Below are positions 26,352 through 38,400 of a stretch of 45,631 nt of DNA, piece after piece. The notes under the pieces were generated by a model. It was not told where the DNA came from, searched no databases, and saw only the letters and a list, made by a program, of their open reading frames with translations. Location of the stretch: NCBI GenBank assembly GCA_008632985.1, contig QPGO01000054.1, forward strand, positions 405,050-450,680, written 5' to 3'. Source of the DNA: Psammoneis japonica (Eukaryota). Both the position numbers and the translations under genes were made by a program. Every line of letters begins with the position of its first letter. Positions within the stretch are counted from its first letter, which is position 1.

Positions 26352-27911
26352 ATGAACAAGTACAACGTACGGGCCATACGAAACGACTTGGATTCTTGTA
26401 TTCGCTATAATTCCTGGAGCAAGTTTCGCAAAATATTCCAACCTCTTCAACCAGATCTTCAACAAGCTGTGGTGAGGGAACAGGTGCGCAGAAACAAGCA
26501 AACTTCGTCTCGTTCGTTGTTGTATACGCTCTGTCGATGCATCAAGCCGTCATCCCATCCTCCTATCGATATAATAGAATCAGTTCTTCAGGTTTCTCCG
26601 CCTTCGTTATTATCTCAGTCTGGTAATCGCACAAGCACTACAACGCCGCTACAAATCGCAATCGATCGTCAGGCACCACCCTCCGTTGTGGAAGCCTTGT
26701 TAAAGTATGACAAAACAAAGGAGTCATTGTATCAGAAAGGACGTGGAGGAGATACACCCTTGTTAGCAGCTGTTCGACAGAGGCAACGAATAGTACATTT
26801 TCAACAAACGAGCAGCGATGAATCAATTGTGTCCGTGCTGGTGCGACATGACCGAAGAAAGCAGTCTCTTTTGATCCCCAGCAAGACGAAACAAAGAGTT
26901 CCACTCTACTATGTTGCAAATCAAGAAATTGCCTTCCTTTTGAGTGAGGAAGATGATGAGAAAGATGGTAATGAAGAGATCAATCTAGACGAAGAATTAG
27001 AATATCTATTGATCCAAACATATCAAGCGATTGAAATGCAACAGGGAAGACTCACGCCCGAAGACGAGCACTCATGGAAACAAGAGGAGAGCCAAGAAGA
27101 TACAAACGCAGGTGGCTTCTTTCTCAATGCTAGTTCCACTAGTAGATCGGATACCGATTCAGTGGCTGAAGGCGAGGGCGATGAAAGGATGACAAATCGT
27201 GCACAGCTGCTACTCCGTGCAACGTTGGCATGCGCTCATTTGCTGGGATCGAAAAACAGCACCAAACTCCTCCAGTACTTATTTCGTAACTCTGAGAATT
27301 TGAACCAACTGGATGAACAGGGTAATTCACTACTCCATCACGCATGTCGAGCGCAAGAATCAGATGCATTTCTTGAGCCATGCTTTGTTGACGAGGAGTC
27401 ATCTGCAAAGAGAAACCTTCTGCAACACTTGATTACCATTAATCCACGAGCGCTGACTCTCCAGAACCATAATGGTGAGACTCCCCTTCACGTGGCCATT
27501 CGATGCAAAAAGCGCTGGGAATTCTTGCGGCATTTGTGTCCAGAATCTTTCGCTACTACAATCCTTCAAGCACAAACAAATGAGGGTCGGCTTGCCTTGC
27601 ACCTTGCGATTGAAAATTATCCTCCCGACTCTAACGAGATTGTACAATTGTGGAAAGGTTACCCAGATGCATCAACTGCCATGGATGGGAAAGAACGATT
27701 GTTTGCATTTCAGCTTGTTGGTGCCTTTAGCACGCTCCATCAAATACAAGAACCACCATCTTGCTCCTCGAAACGACCCAAAGAAGATTCCATAAAATCT
27801 TGCTCCAGCGGCAAAGATGAAACACGCAAAAATGACGACATGCACGACCTCGACCTCGCTTTCTTCTTCCTACACGCCTTTCCTCAAGTGCTGCAACAAC
27901 ACATTCGCTAG
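26352..27911 (+). CDS. Ankyrin-repeat protein
   Basis: TPLQIAI, GDTPLLAAV, GNSLLHHAC, GETPLHVAI and GRLALHLAI repeats in a single long ORF. Confidence 0.85.
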   Translation: MNKYNVRAIRNDLDSCIRYNSWSKFRKIFQPLQPDLQQAVVREQVRRNKQTSSRSLLYTLCRCIKPSSHPPIDIIESVLQVSPPSLLSQSGNRTSTTTPLQIAIDRQAPPSVVEALLKYDKTKESLYQKGRGGDTPLLAAVRQRQRIVHFQQTSSDESIVSVLVRHDRRKQSLLIPSKTKQRVPLYYVANQEIAFLLSEEDDEKDGNEEINLDEELEYLLIQTYQAIEMQQGRLTPEDEHSWKQEESQEDTNAGGFFLNASSTSRSDTDSVAEGEGDERMTNRAQLLLRATLACAHLLGSKNSTKLLQYLFRNSENLNQLDEQGNSLLHHACRAQESDAFLEPCFVDEESSAKRNLLQHLITINPRALTLQNHNGETPLHVAIRCKKRWEFLRHLCPESFATTILQAQTNEGRLALHLAIENYPPDSNEIVQLWKGYPDASTAMDGKERLFAFQLVGAFSTLHQIQEPPSCSSKRPKEDSIKSCSSGKDETRKNDDMHDLDLAFFFLHAFPQVLQQHIR

Positions 27912-28126
27912 AGTTTAAGCCTCATCCTCGCTGCAACAGTATATTTTAAAAGATTCCATTAGAACAAATGCTTTTAGAAGATTGTTCGTGTTTGATGGTG
28001 TATTCTTCAGGGATAGCTAAGAATTGCTGTGAGTATCAGTAGTCTCGAATGCCCAAGCTCTGGAAGTCTTGCGCCAAGGTGCAAAGCCGACCATCAAACG
28101 CCAATGGAATATAGCCGTTCTTGTGC

Positions 28127-29409
28127 TCATGTTTGAAGCAAATTCTTTCGCCAAGGCAGGCCCCCAGGTTCAGCCTTGGCAAACCTCTCTCTTGACGGGT
28201 TATCACTAGCACATTGTATGGCGTCGTCATCAAAGGCAAGATTCAAAAACACATTGTACGCATCCAGCAAGTCACGTCGAATGGGTTCGGCACGTTTCAT
28301 GAGCTGCGACTGGAGCTCTCGATAGGTTCGTCTCCCCTCGGCGGTTTCAACTGGCACGATACCAACTCCATAGTTGGTAGCATCATAGGGAGAAGCCGCC
28401 ACGTCCAGCTTTCGAGCCTCCAGCGCAATTTCTAGACATCGGGTCACCAATTGAGCGTCCATAAAGGGCTGCAACCGGAGGGATATCTTCAAAAGATCCA
28501 TGTGCGCATGCACGCATGCAGGTTGTTCGAGACGAAGTTGATCCGTTCGCTTCAGTACAGCCCCGTGTCGATTGAGTGGTCCGGCCGCAGGACTGAAATA
28601 GCGGAGGGCATCCACATGAGTACAGGAAATGCCGCGACGTTCGACTGCCGCGTTAATGACTTGTTGCGACACCCGAAGAGACAAGTGAGATTGATATTTT
28701 GCCGATGGTGGTGGGGGTGCTCCTTCTGGTTGGTACTGCATGGCCCATTCATGGAGCCCATGGCAGTGAGTCACTGGTTCGGCTTTCAGAGTGTTTTCCA
28801 GGACAGAGCGGTACCACAGAAACGCAGCAGCTGCTTTGCCGAGTTTCACATCGCTATCTGGCTCTTCTGAGCCACGGTAAAAGGCGTTGGGGCTGTACAG
28901 AATACCGTCTTTGTGAGATATAGCCCCCTTCAAGTGAAGAGTACCCCCCAGGTCCTCATCAGTTGCCCCCTCGAGCAGGATCCCATCACGACCCGCCTCT
29001 TCTATATCTACATCATCATCAACAAGCAAAAGAGCTGGATCGGGAGACCAACGAGCCAGCCGTTTCGGTCCTTTTGCTCCCTTCAGGCCATAGTACTCAA
29101 TTAGAAAGTTAAAAACGGGATTCTTGGGATCCAACGCCGTCATGGCGTGAAGCGACTTTTGCTTCTTTTTGCTTCGATGTCGTCCTGAATTGATCACATC
29201 TTTTGGATCCGTCAGGCCCGGTTCCAACAACCTTTGGATTTCAGATACGTGTGCGATGCTGCATCACGCCACTTTGATTCGGATATTCTGACAATCATAC
29301 TACCGCCTCGAGGACTTGCGAGGCTCGAAGCGAACCTCATGCTCCAACAACAACAAACTGCAAACGCGATAATTGCAACCGGCGGTCTCTGGAGAAGCGG
29401 CTTTCGCAT
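28127..29409 (-). CDS. Conserved hypothetical protein resembling an actinobacterial family often auto-annotated 3-methyladenine DNA glycosylase; one frameshift near 29252
   Basis: NPVFNFLIEYY, CHGLHEWAMQY, CTHVDALRYF, EQPACVHAHMDL, LDVAASPYD and VETAEGR motifs recognised from memory. N-terminal hydrophobic presequence in 29409-29250. Confidence 0.6.
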
Positions 29410-29639
29410 GCCGCTACTCTAATCAATCTTCGTTACACCTAGAGATTCAATGCTATTTCCTTTTCGTTGTACTTTGTTGATCAGATCTATCTGCACACCG
29501 CTACCGTCGCCCTTCGCCTCATCGTAGAGTCCCTCGCGTTTTGTTTTCGTGCTCGAGCTTCGGGCGATTGATGCGATTGGTGACGCGCGAACGGCGGGCG
29601 GCGGCTTGACCGATTTCTCGACACATTCGACTGATTTGG

Positions 29640-29653
29640 TTTTGGCGGGAAAA
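29640..29653 (-). promoter_or_regulatory. E2F-like site TTTTCCCGCCAAAA in divergent intergenic region
   Basis: TTTTGGCGGGAAAA on the + strand, followed by CGCGCG, between divergent starts at 29409(-) and 29953(+). Confidence 0.3.
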
Positions 29654-29952
29654 CGCGCGACATTCATTCATCGTTCGGCTCGGCAATGGCGGTGCCAAAA
29701 AGAATTGGTCCCTCCGATCTCCTTGTCCGCAGAACTTGCTAGTCCAATCCTCGCAAACTGCAAACTCCCATTGCTCCCAACAATAGACATTGAAGCTCGA
29801 GCATCCGAAACCAACACAAAACGTCGGCTTGACGACCTGCTCTAAGTGAAATCGATCTGCTTACCACCAGTCGAGAGCTCTGACTTTTTTCTCGTGTCGA
29901 TTCCACGTTTTCCACGAGATTGTAGGAAAGATTTTTTCTTTTCTTGAGAACC

Positions 29953-30661
29953 ATGCCAAGGACTCGGTCAATCTCTCAATTTCAGGATGAGACTCTTCTC
30001 TTCAAATCCATGCTGTCCATGAAAGCCATGATTGGGTTGGGCTTGCTGGCCGGTTCAGTCATGCCTTGGCAGCTGTCTTTGGCCTTGGCGCCCTCATGGT
30101 GTGCGGCACGGTTCTTTCGCGTTTGGGGTTTATATCCGATCCCATTCAAAGCAGGTTGTCCAGGAAGAAAAACCGCAATCATAAGGGTGACTTTGTGGTG
30201 TTTCATATTGGAGCTCGACCGAATCGTCACGTAGACGGATTCTTCAAGTGGATGGGTGAAGCCATTGGGAGATGACACGTGAGCTGGAAGAAAATCCCGA
30301 GTCAGGGTGCTTGGGTACAGAGATGTTTTACGGAGTGACTGGCCCTCTTCTTATACAGTATTGGAAGTCTCTCGATCATTTAAACGCGTGGGCGAGGTCC
30401 AGTGCTAGACACACCGGACCATGGGCAAAGCTCATGAAAGAGGGACGAGAGAGCGCCGACTATGGGTTTTGGCACGAAGCATTCGAAGTCAAGGCTGGTA
30501 AATACGAAACGATATATGCTAATTGTCCACCCATGCTGCTTGGAAATTGTCGAAATGTGGAACTAGAACAGATTTCAGGGAAAATGCAGTCCGCTGCCGG
30601 TCGAGCAGGAAAGACCGACGGCAGCGATTATCCCACTCACTTGGGAAAGCCTGATTATTAG
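29953..30661 (+). CDS. DUF4188 family putative monooxygenase; two -1 frameshifts (near 30183 and 30268)
   Basis: Reconstructed PGRKTAII-GDFVVFHIGARPN..MTRELEENPESGCLG..LIQYWKSLDHLNAWAR..GFWHEAFEV..YETIYANCPPMLLG. Confidence 0.75.
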
Positions 30662-30707
30662 AGGTACTGTAGAAAACCCTTGCAAGCTTGTCGTGGGCCG
30701 TGGTCTA

Positions 30708-31773
30708 TTATTTGAAAAGCCCGTATAGCTTGTCCATAAGGATACCACCAATGTTTTTCGCAACATTAGCTGGTGTAACGTCTCCTTCAAGACCATGCTT
30801 AAGAGCTTCGACTTCTTCTTTTATCAACTCCGGATATACCTGGGGGTAGTAGGGCGAGTCGAAACTTCCACCCTGAGAAACAGAATGATGCACCGCTCCC
30901 ATGGCTTTAGCATTTGATGGCATGTACCTAACAGAATACCGGCGCAGCTGTGCTTGTTGGTCTCCATCATTACTACCAACGGCCGTTCGGTGGAACGACC
31001 ATCGGTTCCACAGAATTGCATCACCGGGGTTCATGTCCCATTGCACTTTGATTGCCTCGAGCTTCGAGTGACATTCGGGACTCAAAGTTTCCATGGCGCA
31101 TGTTTTACCCTGAATCACCTTGTAGCAATCACGGATCCAGTTTTCATCTTTGAAAATGTTATGCGTCCCATTGGCCACGCCAGACCTCCACCGTTTTCCA
31201 CTTTCATTTCATCCAGGGCAATCCAGATCGTGACCCCGGCAGTGTCCTTGCAGCAGGCCAGAATCCCTCGTCATCGACATGCCAACCACAGCCCTTTCCA
31301 CCACTTTCGTAGTTAAAATAGGCATCTCGTAGCAACCGAATCTTATTCTCTTCACTGCCGGCCCCGACATTTAGCTGAGCCGCAACCTGCGGAAGAGCCT
31401 GAAGCGAAAGCTGAGCAACCGTTTCATCGATTCTCCAGAGGTCAAACATGATTTTAGCATAATTTGACGTTGCGAAGATATCAAAGAGAGTAAAGACTGA
31501 TCTTGGAATCGCTGCATCGATGGCCTGTGCGACTTGGCTCGTCTTCTCCTCGGACAGCAAGCCGGGAACAAACACCACACCATCGCGATGGTAGGTCTCG
31601 ATTTGCTCTTTTGTCAAACTTGCACAAGAGACTGAGTGATCGTGAGACGCCGCCAGGTCAATCGTGATGTTGTCTGGCTTTGTCTTCAAACTCGCAATCG
31701 TCCCAATCAACACAGCAATCAATGCAAAAAGCACAGAACACAGAACCTGCGCGCACGACTTGATGACCGCCAT
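30708..31773 (-). CDS. PhyH-family 2-oxoglutarate/Fe(II) dioxygenase with N-terminal signal anchor; two -1 frameshifts (near 31248 and 31179)
   Basis: LTKEQIETYHRDGVVFVPGLL, WHVDD (HxD), reconstructed GVTIWIALD..ENGGGL, MNPGDAILWNRWSFHRT and RRYSVRY. Confidence 0.82.
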
Positions 31774-32087
31774 GTTGTTCTCTCGTGTGTCGTTTCAGAA
31801 ACAGCTGTCGTCCGTCGCTGCTTGTATTTGGTTGAGATTAACAGTCGAAAGCTGTTGGCTGTTTGTGTTGGTTCGAGCAAGGTTCGAGACGGATGAACGG
31901 ATGAACCTCAGGGTCAGAGTTTAACGGCAACTAACGGATAAGCGAACACCAAATTTTCAAAAGCAAATCTTAACGTGCGCAACCGCGCGTGCAAGATCGA
32001 ACCACAACTTCAACCAAGCCGCAAGCAAGATGATGCGGATTGATGATGATGACAACATGCTGTGTGAACACCGCCCATTCGTTTACT

Positions 32088-34260
32088 ATGAATCATCTTT
32101 TACTCTTTCTATGCTTCACAGTGCTTCATTTGTCAAGAGTAAATGCAGAGCAGCAGCATCACGAGCAAACTGAGCAGGATGACCATCTTGTCTTGCAGTC
32201 CAGATTGAAAAAAGCGAAGATGGAACTATGGTCACGCGGAGAGTTTGACATTAATGGATTCGATGGGCACAGTACTCTGGCTGATGCCGTCGTCGAAATG
32301 GAGGATCGTGTAAAGCTTGCTCCTTTAAAATTAGGACCAGTACGGAGAGCGCGAAGAGAGGGTCTCAATGCTTGTCTTGGGGAGCTCGAGTCGAGTGGGG
32401 ATTGGCTAGTAGGTCGGATCATGAAGGTGCGGGGTGGAGAAGATACGACGGCAGACAAAGACTACAATTCCCGTCTTGATGACAAACTGTCGGACTTGGG
32501 AAAGAAATTTGGTGATGATTTTAGACGGGCTATTGAATTGAACAAGAAAGAGCACATTGCTGACTGCGAAGCAAGCTGCGAAAAGTTCTACTGTGCCGAT
32601 CCATCATCCACTACAAAATGGGACAAGGATGCACATAATACAACGTTTGCTTCGTATAGCTTTGGAGCCACTCCACCAGAAGATTTTGCTGAAGAATTTG
32701 GATTTCCGCTAGACTTGATAAAGGTAACTCAAGGCGAGCCGTTGTTTTCTGCGGAGGAGGCAGCCAACGTGGTGGCAACAGCAGAAGGTGAAGGCGTGCA
32801 CTTGAATGAATATCAATCTGGTAAATACAAACTCGGCGGTGACTGGCTTTTGAATCTCCCTAAGACAAGGAAATGGTTCAACCGTCGACTGGAATCCACA
32901 TTCTTTCCGCTTTTGACTTATTTGTTTCCTGAAATTATTTCTTCCACCTCGGTGCTGCGAGCTCATTCCGTAAGTTTACTGAAGTACAACTCATCTCATC
33001 CTAGGACAGATGTCCATATCGATAATGGCATCTTGGCCATGACATTAGCCATGACACCGCAAGATGACTATGTTGGCGGTGGCACCTTCTTTGAGCACAT
33101 GGGAGTCGACAATGTTTTACCCATGGACGTGGGCCACGGCACGTTTCGTCCAGGCAGCGTCCGGCACGGAGGGCACAGAGTCACAAGTGGGACGCGATAC
33201 ATTTTGGGAGCCTTTCTTCTTATTGAAGATCGTGTGGAACACGTGCGGAGGCTAAAGAACCGTGGGAGCGAACTAAGGCGATCTGGAGATTTGGATGGAG
33301 CCGCCAAACACTTTGAATGGGCCCTAGGTATAAATCCCAAATGCACCACCTGTCTCAAGGATTGGGCAGAAATTCTTCTCACCAAAAAAGACTACACTTT
33401 GGCAGAAGAAAAAATAAGAAAGGTGCTGGAGTATCTGGAAGATCGTGACTCGGATGCTCTCTTTACGCTTGGTTTGATCCTGTCCGAACAGGGCCGAGAC
33501 GACGAAAGCATCGAGGCGTACACCAAGAGCGTGGAGTTGAATGCGGAAGATGCGGAGCTGTGTTACAATCTCGGCATCAAGCTAGGAGGTAAAGGCGATA
33601 TACATGGAGAAATGAGCATGTACGCTCGTGCTACGAGCATTGATCCAAACTTTGGTGGGGCTTGGGTGAATTGGGGAACGACTTTGGCGGAGAATGGCAA
33701 TTTAGAAGATGTAAGTATCGATCAGTTACAATTGCTGTGAGCGCCGTTGATCTCACCTCGCGGCCTTGCTCTTGTTCATTCGGCAATCGCTGACAAAGGC
33801 TGAAGTTATGTTCATGAAGGCTATGACAATCCCAGACGTTGCAGCGAAAGCAAAAATAAATCTTGCCCTGGTGTATCAAAGCAAGGCAAACTCCCTAGCC
33901 AGTCAAGGAGATTTACCGGACGCAAAGGAAGCTGTAGGCTTGGCGTCAAAACACTTGGATGAAGCCAAGCCATTATTAGATGCCGCTGCTGTGGCTTCTG
34001 CCATGGGCGAAGCAGACAATGAGAATGCACAGTACGCAGCTCAATTCGACACCCTCCGTCTCCAATGTCATCGACTGACGGGATCCATTCTGGCGGGCAT
34101 GCAAGATTTTGCCGCCTGTGAAGATGAATTCCGAATTGCAACCAAAAAGTATCCTCACGTGCCAGGAGTGTGGGAGATGTTGGCGAGGGTTCTGGACGCA
34201 CAAGGGAAAACACAAGAGGCAGCTATAGCAAGACAGCAAATTGCAGCGCTGGGTCGATAA
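32088..34260 (+). CDS. Secretory prolyl-4-hydroxylase-like 2OG-Fe(II) oxygenase with C-terminal TPR repeats
   Basis: Signal peptide MNHLLLFLCF..VNA, LLKY..DVHID (HxD), YVGGGTFFE, RHGGHRVTSGTRYILGAF, then TPR motifs (ALFTLGLIL, LCYNLG, AWVNWG). Intron 33711-33798. Confidence 0.82.
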
Positions 34261-34400
34261 ATTGCACGTATCAAACACGTGCGAGAATGTAAAATATAAA
34301 GCTACTTGCACTGCTTATAATCAATTAAGTTCGTTCCGCATCTACAATACCTCGATTCGCTCCTACCAAACCTTTTGCACTAAAAGCAGGGGCCTTTTCA

Positions 34401-35378
34401 TTATTTCTTCCGCCTCCCTTTTAACTTTTGTTCCAATTCTCGTTCCCATGGTTCACGAACACATTTGAATAGTTCCATGGTAGCACGTGCATCTTCGGTG
34501 GAATCGTGTGCCTCTCCCGCAACTTGGATATCAAGTTTCAAGTGTTCTTTGACCAAGTCTCGCAGCTTTCGTGGTCTCCACTTGCCACCATTTTTGCCCG
34601 AGGCTCGCTGAAAGGGTCGATATTTAGCAGTGTCTCTAATATTCTGCTTTGGATGGTCCAATAGTAGCGCGTGCAAGTCGTTTTTCAAGGCGTGTCCCAC
34701 CAAAATCTTGCCGCGGAGCAATTCTCCCACGAGTTGACGACACTTGTGCAATTCCATCGCGTCGTTCGAGTGCAAGTGTTTGGCCGTGACACCCGACACG
34801 TGCGTACGAAAATCAGTCACTCGACTGGGGACCTTGACAAAGGTATCTAGAACAGTTTCTCCTTGCCAATCCGTCAGCGATACTCGAGCGAGTGCGGATT
34901 GTTTTCCGTCAGCGCCAATACCCACCATTTCGCAATCCAACGCAAGATACTGCGCCTTCACGTCGTCTGGAATTTTCGATTCTGCTAATTTTCGTGCTTC
35001 TGTCTCTTTCTGCTCCTTTTGAAGCTTTTCTTGCTCTTTTAGCATGTCATTGATTCGTGGAAAGGATCGTTTGGGTCTCTTCTTCTGCGGCGGCCGTGAA
35101 TCCTCTTGATCGCGATTGTCGTTTTCCATCACAAACTCAAGCAGTGATTCGTCTTGACCTTGAGCTCTAGCTTTTCGTCTTGCTTCCTTGCGAAACTTTT
35201 TCTTTTCTTTTGCAGTAAGATCACTTGGAATGACAATTTTGGTGTCGATGCTACCATCATTCGGCCCGTCTCGAGGTTCGTCGTCTGTTCCTCCGGATGT
35301 CTCGCCGGTTGCATGCTTTGCTTTTCGTCGACGTTTACGCATCAGATTCTTTTGCTTTTTTGTCATGAACACAGTCAT
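34401..35378 (-). CDS. REXO4: RNA exonuclease 4 (DEDDh)
   Basis: YLALDCEMVGIG, SALARVS, VTDFRTHVSGV, ILVGHALKNDL, IRDTAKY and HDSTEDARATMELF, with a basic NLS-rich N-terminus. Confidence 0.92.
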   Translation of the reverse strand: MTVFMTKKQKNLMRKRRRKAKHATGETSGGTDDEPRDGPNDGSIDTKIVIPSDLTAKEKKKFRKEARRKARAQGQDESLLEFVMENDNRDQEDSRPPQKKRPKRSFPRINDMLKEQEKLQKEQKETEARKLAESKIPDDVKAQYLALDCEMVGIGADGKQSALARVSLTDWQGETVLDTFVKVPSRVTDFRTHVSGVTAKHLHSNDAMELHKCRQLVGELLRGKILVGHALKNDLHALLLDHPKQNIRDTAKYRPFQRASGKNGGKWRPRKLRDLVKEHLKLDIQVAGEAHDSTEDARATMELFKCVREPWERELEQKLKGRRKK

Positions 35379-35499
35379 GGTAGAGATACTGTAGCTACAG
35401 ATGTAATGAAGATGCTGACTGTTGTCCTTGTGGTTGTTGGTTTGTTTTCAGTGGCAGCGGAATAACACATGTGTTTTTAAAATAGAAGATTAAGGAAGC

Positions 35500-38400
35500 C
35501 TATGTAGAGCGGAAGGTAACAGCAGAGGGAGGGCACGGAGGTAGCTGTAGAGACGGTAGAGTAAAAGGGTCGAAGGACGCAAGACGAAGGGCGTTTTGTG
35601 GAAGGTATGGGTGAGGAGGGGGCAGGGAGAGAGGAGGTGAATCGGAGGATGTGCGTAGAAAGGTGAAGAACAACGTTGTAGCCAAGAGTTTGGGTGGCCC
35701 ACTGGGATGGGGTGGCTGTACGGTAGGTGCTTCCAAAGCGATCGGCGGACAGGCGACGCCATGCGGAGTCAGCAGAGGGAAGGATTGCAGACGGAGACGA
35801 TAAAGCGTAGAGGAAGGCGGAGTAGGAGGCATCGGAGTGACGAAGGTCAGAGGAAGAGGACCAGGGTGGCTTGGGCTGAGAGCAGACGGAGGGGATGTAG
35901 AACCAAAGAGCAAGCGGTGGGCAAAGTAGCCGAGACCACCAAGGTGATCTACAGTGAAGGGGAGCAGGAAGACACCATTGTTGTCAAGCGAAGAAACAAC
36001 AAGGGATCCATCGGTGGAGGAAGCAGAGGGGCCAAGAAACTTCAATCTCGCGCTCGAGTGGTGTGCCTCAGTTAAGATAGGAGAAGAGGGGGCAGGCAGA
36101 CCTGGAGGAGGGCGAGAGGAAGCTTGAGGGACGGTGACGTCCACTGCAATGCAGTGATGGCGGGAGGGAGCGGAAAGGGAGGCGGGAGGGGGGATTGAAA
36201 TGCCGACATCGGCGGGACGGAGAAGCGGGCGGTGGGGAGTAGGTTGGTGGGTTCAAGATGAACATCATTGGGGGATCGACAGAACTCTGCAAGAGGACCC
36301 AAAGTTTGGGCTAGGATGAAAACAGTGTCACGGAGACCATTGGAAAGCTTGGACTTGTGAGCACGGCGGCAAGAAAAGGCATGATCACCATAGGCATCCA
36401 GAATGGCATGGCCACAGGGACAGGGAGTGTTGACAAGGGACGGAGGAAGGATGGGGAGACGAAGCTTACGAAGGGCAGCAACAGCGCAGGCGTCCAAAGA
36501 AAGGTGGGAGCTTGGAAAGCGACGAGAGAAGGAATGAAGAGGGAGGCTTGCAAGCGGAGATGGCAATGAAGGGAGTGAAGATTGCACGTCGTAAGATGAG
36601 TTAGCAAGGATGGAGGTCACTGCTTGTTGCTGATGTTCATGGTAGAGACGACGGGCCAGGCCGGGGAGAGTGGCCGATTTAACCAGGGCAGCCAAGGAAG
36701 AAGAGGAAAGGGCAGAGGCGGAAGCCAGAACGGGAGCACAACGGCGGAAGAGCACATGGAGTCGTAGGGAAGAGCGAGGGTTGGACCAGGAAGACAGGGA
36801 GAGCCGAAAGCAGCGCGGAAGGGAAACAGAAGCGCCAGATGGCAGGCTGACACCGTGTGAAGCAAAGTGGAACGAGCGGAGAAGCGACACCAAGAAGGAA
36901 GGAATGGCGGCAGCTGTTGGGTCCCGGAGACCAAACCCGCCCAAGGAGGCAGGAAGGAAGGCGATGGCAATAGAATGGTCGGGAAAAGGAGCGGCGAAGG
37001 AAGTGACGTAGTGTAGAAAGCGGTGAGCATTGGTGAGGAGGAAATCTTGAAACGGAGAGGTCCAGAGAAAGGGGTCGGGAGGATCATCGGGGTCGAAGTT
37101 GCAGCAAAAGTCAGCTCCAAGGAGGTGAGCAGAGGATGGAACAAAACAGTGCTTGAAGAGTTGAGCCTGGGTTTGTTTATCATGGAGACGGGTGAGAAGC
37201 ACATCAACTTTGTCGGAGAGAGTAGAGGAAGTGTCGGAAAGGAAAGAGGTGGCGAAGTCGTGGGAGCCGAGGGGCTGTCCAAGGAAGCGAACACCAGAGG
37301 TGAGTTCGGGGTTGCAAGAGGGGTCATTGGCAGGGTTTAAAAGGAAAGTGCAGCACGGAGAGAATCGGCGCGGAAGGGAAGAGCAGGGATGGGCTAACAC
37401 CGGAATGGAGGTGAGGATCTTGGTTTTACGGAGGTTGAGGGAGATTCCGCAGGGGGCACCGAGGGCGGAGAAGCGTTCAAGGAACCATGGGAGTGCGGAA
37501 TGGGGAAGGAAAGCGTGAGCATCGTCAATGTAGGAGCCAACTGAGACAGAGGAACGGCCAGGGATACGTTCTTGAAGCTCTTGGTTAATCGGACGAAGAA
37601 CCAGAGAGAGGACCAGGCTGGCGAAAACAGGGCCGAGAGGGCATCCTTGGGCAAATCCCTCTTCTTGAAGAAAGGAGCCCCAGGAAGAATCGGGTCGGCG
37701 ACACCAACATGTTGGAACTTTGACACAGAAGGTCAAAAAAGGAAGCAGAGGATGGAAGGCAGGGGTGGAGGTGAGAACGTGTCGACAGGCATCTCGGGAT
37801 GCTTCGTTGAACATGTTGACGAGGTCAAGAAGAAGAAGAGCCTTGGCAGAGTCGGCAGAAGAGAGACATCGTTCAATGTTGGCAAGAGCAGAGTGAATGA
37901 GATGATCGAGGCCACCTTTGACACCAATGCCAAATTGGCCATCTGGGAGGAGGCATTCGGTAAATGCAGAACCAAAGAGAGTCATGACGACGGAGCCGGC
38001 AATGCGACGAAGAGCAGCACCGACGCCAATGGGGCGAAGCTTGTTGAGGTCGCTGGCATCTTTGTGCAGAGCGACAAAGCAGTTCGAAGCAAATGAGGAA
38101 TGGACGGAGGAAGGAATGGAGCCATGGAGCAGAAGAAGGACAAGCTCACGAAAGGATGACAAGTGGGGGCGTTGAGCAACACCTGTTGGGGTTTTGGTGG
38201 AACAGAGGGCGCAGGACTTGAAAAGGTCGGTAGAATCAGCAAAGACACCGGCAGCAGTCCCAGGCTTACATTTGGAGAGAGCGGAGAGAAGAGCATCGGA
38301 GGAGAGCTCAACAGGCTCATTATGAAGGGAGGAGGCCGAGCGAGTTGAAGGAGGATTGGGCAGGTCGGAGGGGTGCAGGCGAGGAGGGTAGAGCTTGAGG

